The position numbers and the translations under genes are program-made. The notes under the pieces are model-generated. The model was not told the DNA's origin and did no database searches. It was given only the letters and a program-made list of their open reading frames with translations. Of a stretch of 64,000 bases of DNA, positions 12,401 to 23,789 are shown one piece after another. This DNA comes from Heterodontus francisci (taxonomy: Eukaryota), in contig NC_090401.1 in NCBI RefSeq assembly GCF_036365525.1, positions 31,145,036 to 31,209,035 on the forward strand, written 5' to 3'. Within the stretch, counting starts at the first letter, position 1. Every line of letters begins with the position of its first letter.

Positions 12401-14612
12401 AAATGCTCCCCCACTGATACTTCTACCACTTGTCCGGCTTCATTCCCTAGGACTAGGTCCAGTACTGCCCCTTCTCTTGTAGGACTTTCTACGTGCTGGC
12501 TCAAAAAGTTCGCCCGTATGCATTTTAAAAATTCCACCCCCTTTTAGCCTTTTGCACTAAGACTATCCCAGTTGATATCGGGGAAGTTGAAATCCCCTAT
12601 TATTACCCTATTATTTTTACACCTCTCAGAAATTTGCCCATATATCTGCTCCTCTATCTCTCCCTGGCTGTTTGGAGGACTGTAATATAAAAAGAACTTG
12701 CATTTATATAACACCTTGCATGACCGCAGTACTTCCAAAAGTGGTTAACAACAAATGAGGTACTTTTCTGAGATGCAGTCAGTGTCATAATGTAAAAAAT
12801 GCAGCAGTTAATTTTCACACAGCAAGGTCCCACTAATATCAATGAGGTAATGACCAGACAATCTGTTTTAGTGATGCTAAAGGATAAATGTTGTCCAGGA
12901 CACTGGGAGAACTGCCCTGTACTTCTTTTAATTGAACCATGGGATTTTATACATTTTTTGAAATTTATTAATTCAAGGATGTGGACATGGCTGGAATGGC
13001 CAGCATTTATTGGCCATCCTTAACTGTTCCTGAGAAGGTGGTGGTGAGCTGTCCTCTTGAACCACTGCAGTCCATGTGCTGAAGGTACTCCCACAGTGCA
13101 ATTAGACAGGAAGTTCCAAGATTTTGACCCAGTGACCATGAAGGAAAAGTGATACAGTTCCAAGTTAGGATGGTGTGTGATTTGGGAGGGGAACTTGGAG
13201 CTGTTGGTGTTCCCATGAGCCTGCTGCCCTTGCACTACAAGGTGGTAGAGGCTGGGTGTTTGGAAGGTGCTGTCTAAGGAGCCTTGGTGAGTTGCTGCAG
13301 TGCATCTTGTAGATGGTACACACGGCGACCAAGTTGTTCTGGTGGTGGAGGGAGTAAATGTTTAAGGTGGTGGATGGGGTACAGATCAAATGGGCTGCTT
13401 TGTCATAAACGTTGTTGAGCTGTATGAGTGTTGTTAGAGCTGCACTCATCCAGGCAAGTGGAGAGTACTCCAACACACTCCTGACTTGTGCCTTTTAGAT
13501 GGTGGACAGGCTTTGGGGAGTCACGAGGGGAGAGTTACTCACCACAGAATTTCCAGCCTCCGACCTGCTCTTGCAGTCACAGTATTTGTATGGCTGGTTC
13601 TGTTAAGTTCCTTGTCAATGATAACCACAGAATATTGATGGTAGGGGATTCATTGATGGTAATAATATTGAATAACAAGGGGAGTTGGTTAGACTGTCTC
13701 TTGTTGGAAATGGTCATTGTTTGGCACTTGTGTGGCATGAAAGTTACTTGCCAATTATCAGCACAAGTCTGGATGTTGTCCAGGTCTTGCTGCATTTGGT
13801 TATAATTTGCTTCAATATCTGAGAGATTGAGAATGCAATTAACATTATGCAATCACTAACAAACATCCCGACTTCTGACCTTACAATGGAGTGAAGATCA
13901 TTGATGGAGCAGCTGAAGACGGTTGGGCCTAAGCCATTACCCTGAGTGATGTCTGGAGGCTCAGATGATTTGTCTCGAACAGCCACAAACATCTTAATTT
14001 GTACTAGGTAACACTGAAGCCAGTGGAGATTTCTCTCTGAATTCCCATTGATTTCAATTTTACTAGGGCTCCTTGATGCTGCACTCGATCAAATGTTGCC
14101 CCGATGTCAAGGGCAGTCACTCTCATCTCATGTCTAAAATTCAGCTTTTTTGTCCGTATTTGAATCAAGGCTGTAATGAGTTCTGGAGCTGAGGGTCCTG
14201 GTGAAACCTCAATTCAGTATCAGTGAGCAGGTTATTGGTGATCAAACTCGGTTTAACAGCTCATCTGAAAGATGACACCTCCGACAATTCCGCACTCCCT
14301 CAGTACTGCAAAGATGTATCAGCCGAGGTTATTTGCTCAAGTCTCTGGAGTGGAAATTGAACATACGACCTTCTGACTCCGAGTCGATATCCTCCGACTA
14401 ACAATGAGCAATGCAATGGGAGATCTACTAATTTCCTTTGTAAATTTTTGAGAGCATTGTCACACTTTGTGTAATGTGCAATACTGCTGCTAGATCCACT
14501 TCAGTAGTCCCCTTCCTAGGATGTTTTTGTCTATTATTTAAAAATATATATATTTTGCAGTCAAATAGTGCTTACCTGCACCTATAGCTGCAGCTCCAGC
14601 TATCCACAACAT
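6437..14612 (-). CDS. ifi27l2: ISG12 family protein, IFI27/IFI27L2-like (gene B, copy 1), 94 aa; coding exons 14612-14576, 7092-6931, 6522-6437
   Basis: GT-AG exons of 37+162+86 nt with phase-1 junctions give [97 protein letters not shown]12 motif GFT.AGIA..S.A..MMS..A.ANGGGV.AGSLVA.LQS. AATAAA on minus strand at 6353-6358. Family certain, orthology tentative. Confidence 0.88.
7715..9320 (+). mobile_element. CR1 LINE, 5'-truncated (RT domain and 3' end), in gene B intron
   Basis: [68 protein letters not shown], with stops and frameshifts, followed by the CR1 3' tail. Confidence 0.93.
10243..12683 (-). mobile_element. CR1 LINE with internal deletion (endonuclease to 3' tail)
   Basis: [39 protein letters not shown] on the minus strand. 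3' tail near 10243. Interrupted by 11266-11743. Confidence 0.9.
11266..11743 (+). mobile_element. CR1 3' fragment nested in inverted orientation inside the minus-strand CR1
   Basis: [37 protein letters not shown] plus gactctatgact tail. Host element resumes at ~11744. Confidence 0.88.
12684..14385 (-). mobile_element. tRNA-derived Deu-domain (SacSINE1-like) SINE, split in two by the LINE at 12960-14245
   Basis: aacttgcatttatataacacc tail near 12695. Head half ctcggtttaacagctcatctgaaagatgacacctcc..gaccttctgactc at 14247-14380. Family assignment from recall. Confidence 0.65.
12960..14245 (-). mobile_element. Non-LTR retrotransposon (CR1/L2 group) RT 3' fragment
   Basis: [47 protein letters not shown]. 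Degenerate. Confidence 0.85.
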
Positions 14613-14773
14613 GATAATCTGCTAATTTGCACACTGTAAACTTAAAAAAAGTCTTTCATTAGAGGGGAATAAATAAATAAATAATAAAAACCAGTAGATG
14701 TATTTGAATTTCCAAAAGGGAATTGATAAAGTGCCACATAAAAAGGTTATTACACAAGATAAGAGCTCATGAT

Positions 14774-15316
14774 GGGCTGGATTTTGTGGAGGAGACGGGG
14801 CTTCCTGCCTCAGCCTTTTCATGTCCCACCCCGCCCCCCACCCCCAAGCCTCAGAGAGATCCTCTGTTGTTTTCCTGTCCGAGTGTCCCGCGCCAGCATC
14901 CCTGTCCCTTGGAGGATCCTGCCTCCAAGAGCTGCCGGCCAATCACTGGGAGCAGTGGCCACTGCCGGTATTGCAGAAGCCTGGGACCCAGGCCCAGCGC
15001 TGGAACCCCAGACCTCAGGTAAGAGAGGAGGGGTTGCTGAGGCCAGTCCGGAAGGCCGCAGCGAGTGGGGTTGCGGGGGGGGGGGGGGGGGGGGTGGGTG
15101 CGGTGGTGGTCATAAAGCCCAGGAGGAGTGGAGCCCTGGGAGGTGCATTGTTTTCCAGCCAGGGCCCTCCATGAACCACAGATTGCCCATAGAGGAGGGC
15201 CCCACCCCCAAGCCACAGGTAGGTTCCTCGTTTTACAAGGCAACACCCCCTGACTCCATTAATAGGCCACTTAAGGGCCTAGTGACAGGCGGGTGGTGAA
15301 CTATAAAATCCAGCCC
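14774..15316. mobile_element. Harbinger-type MITE inserted in a short CR1 fragment
   Basis: TIRs GGGCTGGATTTT...AAAATCCAGCCC with flanks GAT/AAT. Removing it restores CR1 peptide DKVPHKK..KIRAHDIGTNI. Confidence 0.8.
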
Positions 15317-15357
15317 AATATTGGCACTAATATATGACACATGGATAGAGGATAGAG

Positions 15358-15450
15358 CATCGGTGTCCAAACTTTTTGCATGAGGGGCCACATTACAATT
15401 TTTGTCCTCCGTAGGGGTGAACAAATTTCGGAAAGTTAAAGGCATTAGAA
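15358..15450. mobile_element. hAT-like non-autonomous element end
   Basis: ggtgtccaaactttttgcatgaggggccaca resembles hAT/Charlie termini. Other end not identified. Confidence 0.4.
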
Positions 15451-15984
15451 ACGTATCTTACAAGAATAATGTCGCTTGATATTGTATTCCTTGAAAACAG
15501 CTACCTTCTTGTCACATCAGACACAATATGGCCCTCGTTGTCCAAGAGTGTTTGAATGCTCGACATTCAGGATCAATTTTCCTTTCCTTGCTGTATTCAT
15601 GAGCCGCCATCTTTCTTTCGATAAGTATTTTGGGTAAACACTGTTTGAGATAGATATCAGGGCTCCTGCTCTCGCTCCTGGTTGAAGGGGCTCCCGGTTA
15701 AATGGGCTCGGCTCTCTCTCTTGGTTAAATGGGCACTGCCAGCTTGTTGGGTTATCGCCTGGGGCCCTGGCAATTTCACTCTGCCAGACGGCAGGGGCGG
15801 GCAAAAAGGAGGTAGTGAGCGTCTTCAACCTTCCCTGGTGGCTAGAAACTTCAACAGCCTGGCGCTGCTCCACTCCTCTCCCCAGCTCTCTTCAGACTTT
15901 ATCATGTCCAGCAAAGCATTGCGTGTCTGCCATTATTAGTCCATCAGCCACTACTTAGGCACTGCAACTCCAATATTAGTTCAG

Positions 15985-17005
15985 ATTGGCGAACCGAATA
16001 GAAACCTTTGGTGGGTCTGATAAAAGGAGGCAGCCTTCTGACAGCTGGGGGGTCCTCCTGATCGGTCAACCTGAGCCCGATGGAGGGCCACCCCTGAAGC
16101 CCCAACTACCCCCATCGCCCAACACGCACCACCCCCACCCTCCACCCCTTGTCGCCTATCCGACCTCCCTTGCCTCACCGGGGCCCGACTGATTGCCCCT
16201 GCAATCTTCAGCTGGGTTGCAGTGCCAACAGTGGCCATCGCTCCCACTGATTGGCCGGCAGCTCCATTAGGCAGCACTTCCTGCCTCAATGAGGTGGAAG
16301 TCTTGCCCAAGACCAATTAAAGGCCTGGGGACCTGAAAGTCCGGTCTGGATCCCATGCCTGGTGGAGGCGGGATCACCACCAACTCTTGCATTGGCGGAC
16401 GGCTTCCCCATGCCCACCATAAAATTCCAGCCAGCACCTCAAGACAGTTCAACACTCCACTGGAGTGTCAGCTTTGAGTTTTGTGCTTGGAGTGGAACTT
16501 CAACCCACAACCTTCTGACTCAGAGGAGAGAATGTTACCAACCAAATGCAGCCGACACCTAATCCTAAATCCTAATATGACACAAGGTTGTAAGTTAGTA
16601 ATTGTTTAAGATGAAAGCTGCTGGTACTGAGGAGATGCCAGCCTGCTGATTGGCGATTGGCCAGCAGCTCCTGGAGGCGGGACTTCCTGCCCCAGAAGGG
16701 TGGCAGACCAAGCCAATGCCAATTAAGGGCATGAGCCACCCAAAAATTGTTGTGTGGTTTCCAGACCCGGCGGAGCTGGTCTCACCCCTCCCCCCCCCAC
16801 CGGCCAGAATTTTACATTGGGCTGGAAGCCCCGCCCACTGGCCAAAAAGTCAGGGGTGAGCCTCCCTCTGCCGGACCTGGAAGCCAAGGGTACGAGATGG
16901 GAACAGCAGCACCCGCCCCCATTCCCCCACCTCTCACTCAATTTTATGTCCTCGCCCGACAGCCTGCTCCTGCGGGGTGGTGTAAAACGCCAGCCCCCAA
17001 CAATT
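15985..17005. mobile_element. Cluster of GC-rich MITE fragments and a SINE head fragment (~16440-16560)
   Basis: cataaaattccagcc end near 16430. Internal motifs (gattggcc..cagct, ccaattaa.ggc) shared with 14774-15316 and 18274-18788. Confidence 0.5.
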
Positions 17006-17024
17006 AGGCCAGATTTGAAATTAG

Positions 17025-17588
17025 TGGGTTAACACTTCTGTTGAAATTAGTGGAGAGGGGGATTTCATCCTCTAGTATCTCCAGTCATGGTCTCTGCGCC
17101 TTTCTTTGCTGAGTCGTCAACATCATAAATGTTGTTGTAGTTGCAGTAAACCTTGGGTGCGGCCTCATCGCTGTAATGGAATACAGTCGGGCCATCGCTC
17201 CCTGGTCCCAGAGAGGACAGCGCCAGCCATCGCCTTCAACATCGCGCAAGTCACGACCCAATTAACAAAAATACAAATGGAAATACACTGGTGTTTTATA
17301 ATAAACTGGTGTGTACTTGCACTATCATTTTCATAACAATCACTTAAAAACATCACTAAAAATGCAATCTGCTGAACAACTATTGAATCACTATATCAAA
17401 TTTATCTTAAATATTTATATCTAGCTTCAATTTTAAATATTAAATCTTATCTTAAATATTAAATATACCTGTTGTATTTTGTAGTTGTCCAATGTCAAAC
17501 TTGAACGTCAGCTGTTCTCTATTGGCAGCAGAAGCGGCTGTGCAGAAAATATAGTAAACTGAAAGAAGTCCGCTGGGCCCTAATGCTC
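17025..17588. repeat. Diverged paralogous non-coding block, homologous to 34088-34479 (and 1-292)
   Basis: Shared ordered anchors gggttaacacttctg, ccagccatc, ctaaaaatgcaa.ctg, tgcagaa.atatag.aaactga.ag.agtc..ctggg.cctaatgctc. Confidence 0.75.
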
Positions 17589-17599
17589 GTGGTGTGGAA

Positions 17600-17760
17600 C
17601 TCAGTCATTGAGTATGTTTAAAGAAGAGATTGACAGATTTCTAAATATCAATGACATAAGGGTATATGAGGATAGTGTGGGAAAAACACATTGAAGTGGA
17701 TGATCAGCCAAGATCGTACTGAATGGCGGGGCAGGCTCAATGGGCTGAATGGCGGGGCAC
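17600..17760 (+). mobile_element. CR1 3' end fragment
   Basis: Closely matches 9140-9290 (ctcagtcattgagtatgtttaaag..gatcagcca..tgaatggcggggcaggctc). Confidence 0.85.
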
Positions 17761-18102
17761 TCTACTTGGTATTTGTGTTGGAGGATCAGGGGAAACCATT
17801 TATTTTGGTATTGCACAACACTTCTGACTACTATTTACAGTGGCAGACTCTCATATAAATAGGGAACTTGTTGCTTATGTATGCATGACTCAGGCGTGAA
17901 AGTTACAACTTCACTGAAGGTCCCTGGACACAATTTCAGAAAGTGGCAAGAGAAAGTGAGAAAAAAAGTCAGAGTTAAAAAGAAATTCAAAACCAAGGCC
18001 TGAATTTAACCTGGACGACAGGGGTCCCGGTGACAGGCTGGAAGGGGACAACCCCACCTTGGCCCTGTTTTGAACCCCCATCCAAATTCCACAACGGGCG
18101 TG

Positions 18103-18957
18103 AATTGTGTTTGATCGGAGGTAAATGATCTGCATTATACAAAGAAATCACAAAAGATAGAAACTTATATGACCCAAAGAAAATACATACAGGAAAATCA
18201 CCAGAAAAATACAAGAAGAAAGAAGCAGAAAATATAAAGTGTGACAAGATCCTTGCGATTCTTTAGCACTCTTGAGACTGAGTTTTATGGGCTCCCTCTG
18301 GATGGGAACGTAGGCGGTGGAGTGCCCGTCGCCTTCCTGACCCCTTGGCATTTAGTCCAGGCAGCCATTTAACTGCCTGTAGTCAGGGTCCCTTTAAAGA
18401 CCCTTTAAGGATGGTGATCTCTTCCACAAGAGCTGCTGGCTAATCAGAGGGCTGACAGCTCAGTAGTAATGGCAATGCCACTGGAAACAGTGGCCACTGC
18501 TGTTACTACAGGAAGACCAGGACCAGGACCAGCGCTGGAGCCCCGGACCACAGGTGAGTGTAGTGGGCTCGCCAGGACAGCAGGAAGAGGCCCTTAAGTT
18601 AATTGGCCACTTCAAGGCATCAATTGGCCCCTGGGCGGGAAGGCTCTCATTGGCCTTCCTCGCCCTTGGACTAAAGTCCAAGGTGTTGGGAAGGCGACGG
18701 GTACTCCACTCCCCGCCTACCCATGCAATTTTATTGACCCCCTCCCATCTCCATTCCCATCCCGAGGGGGCCCATAAAACTCAGCCCCATGAGTGCTAAA
18801 GAATAGCAAAGATCTTGTCACTCCTTATATTCTGTGCTTTCTTTTTCTTATATTTTTCGGAGATTTTCCTGTATGCATTTACTTTGCATCACATAAGTTT
18901 CTATCTTTTTTGATTCCTTTGTATAATGCGGATCATTTACCTTGGATCAAATAAATT
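18103..18957. repeat. Foldback: ~170-bp inverted arms with a long-TIR MITE (18274-18788) at the centre
   Basis: 18103-18273 is the diverged reverse complement of 18789-18957. MITE TIRs CTGAGTTTTATGGGCTCCCTCTGGATGGGAA / TTCCCATCCCGAGGGGGCCCATAAAACTCAG. Confidence 0.85.
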
Positions 18958-19099
18958 GCTGCACTTTTCTTGATTCCTTCCCACCAGTGTGGGTACCCAG
19001 GATGGTACCGTGGTCTAAGCAGTATCTTCCAAAAGTTTAGCATTACTTTACTTTGTTCCTCTCTGCCCCTGTACATAAAACATGAAATAAATGTTTCTG

Positions 19100-19620
19100 G
19101 CCCCTCTCCCACCCCCAATAACCATACAATTCATTCCTTGCCCTCTCCCCCTACAGAATACTTACCTGGCGTACCTGATCTTCCCCCTCCACTTTTCATA
19201 AACTGTGAACTTTACCCCTTCCCAGAAGCCCCTACACCAATTAGAGAAGTGTGACCCTTTTCCACCAACTCCCCCCGCACTGAAACCCTTACCTGCTCCC
19301 CCACTCCCCACCAGTGTTACACCTCGTATCCCCAGATGGGGATCTGAAGGTGCTGGAGTGCCAGCCACTGGCAGCAATATTGCTACAGAGCAGGGACGGC
19401 AGGAGCAGGTAAGTAATTAAATTGTTGATTACAAAAATTTAAATATTGAAATTTTGAACCCTTGCCAAGCGGTGGGGGGCCACCACAAGACCTCGCCACT
19501 GCTGGCAATATGAGGCCAGACCTTCCCGACGTCGAGGCCCCTGGCGGGCTTCTCCCGGAGGCAATTTCCAGTATCCCCCGCCATGACCCCCGATATCGAT
19601 GGTGCTGTAAAATTCAGCCC
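19100..19620. mobile_element. Harbinger-type MITE, right part
   Basis: Ends in GTAAAATTCAGCCC at 19620. Left boundary not resolved. Confidence 0.55.
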
Positions 19621-20089
19621 AAAGAGTGGGCAGCAGGTGCTTATATAAATCATCTCATCACATCTTTACCTACTCCGTTATGATGACAAATGTCCTTGGG
19701 GGAAGAATACAAACCATGTCCTATGTCATTGAGTTATATCCCTCAACAAAACTATCTGGTGGCATTTGCACTTTGCCTGCTCGTGATGCTCTCAAATGTC
19801 TCGTTATATGACAAGTCTGTGTAGGCCAAATAAAAACTAAGAGAAAGAGAAACAGACCGGGGAAAGAGTAAGAAATACAGCGGGAAAGAAAAAAGTCCAA
19901 TGGGTCTGGAAAAATGAGAGAGAAGCAAAGATCAGGTGGCAGAGGACTTCTGGGCAATACCGCAGGAGATCCACTAGTTACAAAGTACTGAAACTTTCCG
20001 GTGAACCCAGACCTGCGGGGATCCTAGAAAATATACAGAAAAAACAAACTACCGGATAGTTGGCAACTTGTGTATTTACACTATTTACT

Positions 20090-20228
20090 AAATTTAAAGT
20101 GACGCTGTCAACCTGGAACGGGGAAGTGAAACTGATCTTCAGTGTAAAATCTGATCCCTTCAAGCTGTTAGTGATGCAATCCGATTTCTGAAGAAACGAA
20201 ACTGAATCCATGTAGTTTCAATGTCCTG
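20090..20228 (-). promoter_or_regulatory. Probable interferon-inducible promoter of gene B
   Basis: GGAAGTGAAACT (Ets-IRF composite/ISRE) 20122-20133; TGATGCAAT (C/EBP-ATF site) 20172-20180; TTCTGAAGAA 20186-20195 overlapping GAAACGAAACT ISRE 20193-20203; AGTTTCAAT 20214. The gene B ATG exon has a splice acceptor at 14634, so a non-coding upstream exon is expected. Confidence 0.72.
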
Positions 20229-20829
20229 TTCAAACAGTGGAGATCACACAATGAAGTAAAGTTCATTTTTACCGCCATGTTTACTCTCTAAATTTGCTCT
20301 GTGGTTGCAGTGTTTAAGGAGCTGGCCTGATTCCAGCTTGTTGAAATCAACAATTCCTGATTTAACTCTTCAACGATTTCTTCCCTTTGCTGGAGAGTGA
20401 GCTGCAGAGGAGAGAAAAAGAAACAAGAAAGGGGAACAAAACAAGAAAGATAGAAAAGAAAAGGAGATAAACAGTCATCTTCACACTGCACTGAATGCTG
20501 TAGTACAGAGTCCATTTTCATGCCATGCAATATTTGATATCATTGATAGACACTAATGGTGTGACTGTTAATGATTCAATAGTTCAGATAGTTAGCTCTT
20601 ATCAACCATTCAATTGTTACTGGTAATAGGGCAAAGCACTAGTCTATTTCCAGCTTTAAAATGGAGGGAGAGAATTTCCACAGGGCTGGATGACCTCCCC
20701 CCCACCCTCTCGATGGACCCCACCCGCCACCCCCCCCCCCCACCACCCGCCATACTGGGGCCCAGCCAATTGACCCAGCGAGGCCCCACACACTTACCTT
20801 TTCTGATTAAGAACTGATTAAGATCATCC

Positions 20830-21318
20830 AAAGCTCTTCTGCTGAGGTCCTAACTCACACCAAGTTCCGTTTGCTCATCATCCCCATGCTCACTGACCTA
20901 AATTGGTTCCTGGTTAAGCAACGCCTCGATTTTAAAATCTCATCCTTATTATCAAAAGCCTCCATGACCTTGCCCCTCCCTAGCTTTGTAATCATCTCCA
21001 TCCCTAAAATCCTCTGAGACATCTCTGCTCCTCCAATTCTGGCTTTTTGTGCATTCCTGATTTTAATCACCCCCACCACTCGTGGCCGTGCCTTCAGCTG
21101 CCTAGGCCCTAAACTCTGGAATTCGTTCCCTATATCTCTCTGACTCTTTATCGCTCTTTCTTCCTTCAAACCTACTTGTTCGACCAAGCTTTTAGTCATC
21201 TGCCCTAATATCTCTTTATGTGGCTCAGTGATGTCAAATTTTATTTGATGACACTTCTGTGAAATCCCTTGGGAGGTTTTATTTTGTTGAGGGAGATATA
21301 TAAATACAACTTGCTGTT
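20830..21318 (+). mobile_element. L2 LINE 3' fragment
   Basis: Encodes a P.LTDL.W.LV.QRLDFKI-type C-terminus, followed by the tatataaatacaa..tgttg L2 tail. Confidence 0.75.
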
Positions 21319-21521
21319 GATGAGTTGCATATTTTGGACTTTATTTGTTCCTGGTTTAACTTCAAAGGACTTTTCCAAATCTTCTGACACAGAGTTGCAG
21401 GAGGCTTCAGGGACAGTGGGGTCACAATTCCCATATAAAGTTATTGCCAAAGCATTATTTTTAGCACAGGATTGTTCCTGTTACTTTCTGCAATTGAAGA
21501 ATAATAAATATTTTCTGATAG

Positions 21522-21736
21522 CTTAGTTTAGTTTAGTTTAGTTTAGAGATACAGGACTGAAACAGGCCATTCGGCCCACCGAGTCTGTGCCGACCATCTG
21601 CCACCCAATAGTGCCCTATGGATCAAATAAAAGCAAAATACTGCGGATGCTGGAAATCTGAAATAAAAACAGAAAGTGCATCTGTGGAGAGAGAAGCAGA
21701 GGTAATGTTTCAAGTCTGTGACCTTTCTTCAGAACT
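21522..21736. mobile_element. HE1 SINE 3' stub with (TTTAG)n tail, then a Penelope-like terminal fragment
   Basis: 21545-21605 matches 27085-27150. aaaatactgcggatgctggaaatctgaaataaaaacagaaa is a common shark Penelope-type end (from recall). Confidence 0.6.
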
Positions 21737-21928
21737 CAAGAGCCCTATGGATCTCCACTACTAACAATCCCTTACCAGAGCTTTTCCTATTTATTATCAT
21801 TTTCTGCTTCCTGTTGTTTAGCCAGATTTCAGTCCAACTTTCAATGCCTATTTAGCATTTATTCTATGAAGCTTAATCTTACAATGTGAATTTTATCAAG
21901 TCCCTCTGAAAATTCAAGCAGATTATAT

Positions 21929-22120
21929 GGTTGATTCCATGATTGGCAACTCCTGGTGAGAAGCAGCACGGGTCAGAAAATCGTGGGTCTGCAGCCCCTG
22001 ATTTTCCATCCATTTAAATATTTAAATTAATATACCAGGGTCTGTAAGCCTGTGATTTCCCGAACAGCATGCCCTATAAGTGCCAATTCTTGCCAGGAGA
22101 GCTCAATTGGAGAATCAGTC
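21929..22120. mobile_element. Short palindromic MITE
   Basis: ggttgattcca..ttg..ctcctggtgagaa is mirrored by ttcttgccaggagag..caattggagaatcagtcc, with an AT-rich palindromic centre. Confidence 0.55.
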
Positions 22121-23018
22121 CTGATATCCATGGGACTGACATCCCAACAACTCAGTTACTTCCTTCAAAAAGTTAGAATAGGTTTGTGAGGCTCAACCTC
22201 ATGTTACAAAATCCAAAATACCTGTGGTTTTTGGCCTCCAGGCTTTTCAGATGTTGATAGCATGCTATGCAATGCTTCTGGACACAAAACGTGATGAAAC
22301 ATACTGTGTTAAAACATTATGCTGCATTACTTGTGTGTGACAAAGTGGCACCGTTTTTCTTCTTTCCCAAAAGTTTGCCAAACATTTTTCATGAACTTGT
22401 TGCCACTTTAAAATGCAGCTGCTAATTCATGAGTCTGGATGTGCACCAAAAGTGATTGTTAGGAGCAAAGAAATAACGTGAGCAATATAGTAAATGTTAT
22501 CAGGTTTGTGCACAACCAGAAAAGGACAGGAGGAAGATCTTCCTCAGCTTGGTCCCAACATCAGAAGAACCCCCAGTGACAACACCCTCCCCCGCCGCCC
22601 ACCCCCAAGGAACCAGTGTTAAAAGTTTGATTCTTACTCCACCCTCACAGTTGAAGTTGATAATTTGGTAGCATATCCTTTTCAAATTAGCGTCAAATAG
22701 GTGCTATAAATTCTGCCCACTCAGCCTGTTTAAACCCATTTCACACAAAGACTTCAGAACCAGCAGAGGAGTCTTTCATCCCTTCAGTTTAGGCCGCATC
22801 TAGATCCACAGCACAGAGATGAAATGTGGGTGTTCTGTTCAAAGGTATCGCTGAGTTGTTGCCCCATTTTTGCTTCCTGCTGATTTGGGAGGTTCGATCC
22901 TGAATATTGATATATTTTACTCATCTATATGGATGAATATTAACTCTAATTAGTAAAATAATAACCAGGGAGCCCGCAGTTAATATTTTAAAGTAATAAG
23001 TTGATTTCATGGTACAAT

Positions 23019-23623
23019 GGGCTGAATTGGATTTGGGCAGCACCAGCACCATTTTTAAAGGGCCTTAAGCCCTTCCAAATAATTATAATTTTTAAAGGGA
23101 AAATATAATTGATTTTTATTAAATATAAAAATAAGTGATGGAGGCCTTTCCCCAACCCCCCACAATGGGGGGTTTCATTGCCTGAAATGACAATCAATTG
23201 ATTTTGTCAAATACCCAACGTTTCCCCCCCAACCTTCAATCTTTTGCCCTTCAACTGCATCCCACCATCCTCACGTCCAATAAAAATTGATTTCCCCACT
23301 CCTCCACACCTCTTGCCTTGAAAATTTTATTCCTCCCTCCTCCCCACCAGGTTCTCACCTCGGAACTCCGCGCGAAATCCTAACGGAGGCTGTAAAATCA
23401 GCGTGGGACGGCAGGTAAGTTATTTCGCATACATTTATCTGCATATGAAGATTCAGGGCCCGCTGCCAGGCAGTGGGGGGAGCCACACCGCGGTTCACCC
23501 GTTGCTGGTAATATGCAGCGGGCCCTTCTCAACATTGCAGGTCAAGGCGGGCCTCTCCCCACAGAATTTTACGGGTCCCCGCGCCGCGACCCACAGCATC
23601 GAGGGGCCAGAAAAATTCAGCCC
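23019..23623. mobile_element. Harbinger-type MITE with 3-bp TSD
   Basis: AAT|GGGCTGAATT...AATTCAGCCC|AAT. Confidence 0.85.
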
Positions 23624-23789
23624 AATGTGTCTTTCTCCATGAACTGTAATTAGGAGTATGGTATTAAACTAACAATTATAGGACTATTCATAGGAATTGT
23701 TTCAATTGTAAGGCACAATTCCAAGTATTTCCCATTTCCCAACCCATTGCACATTGAATCATTAATAATGGTAATTTCCTGTGTAAATA

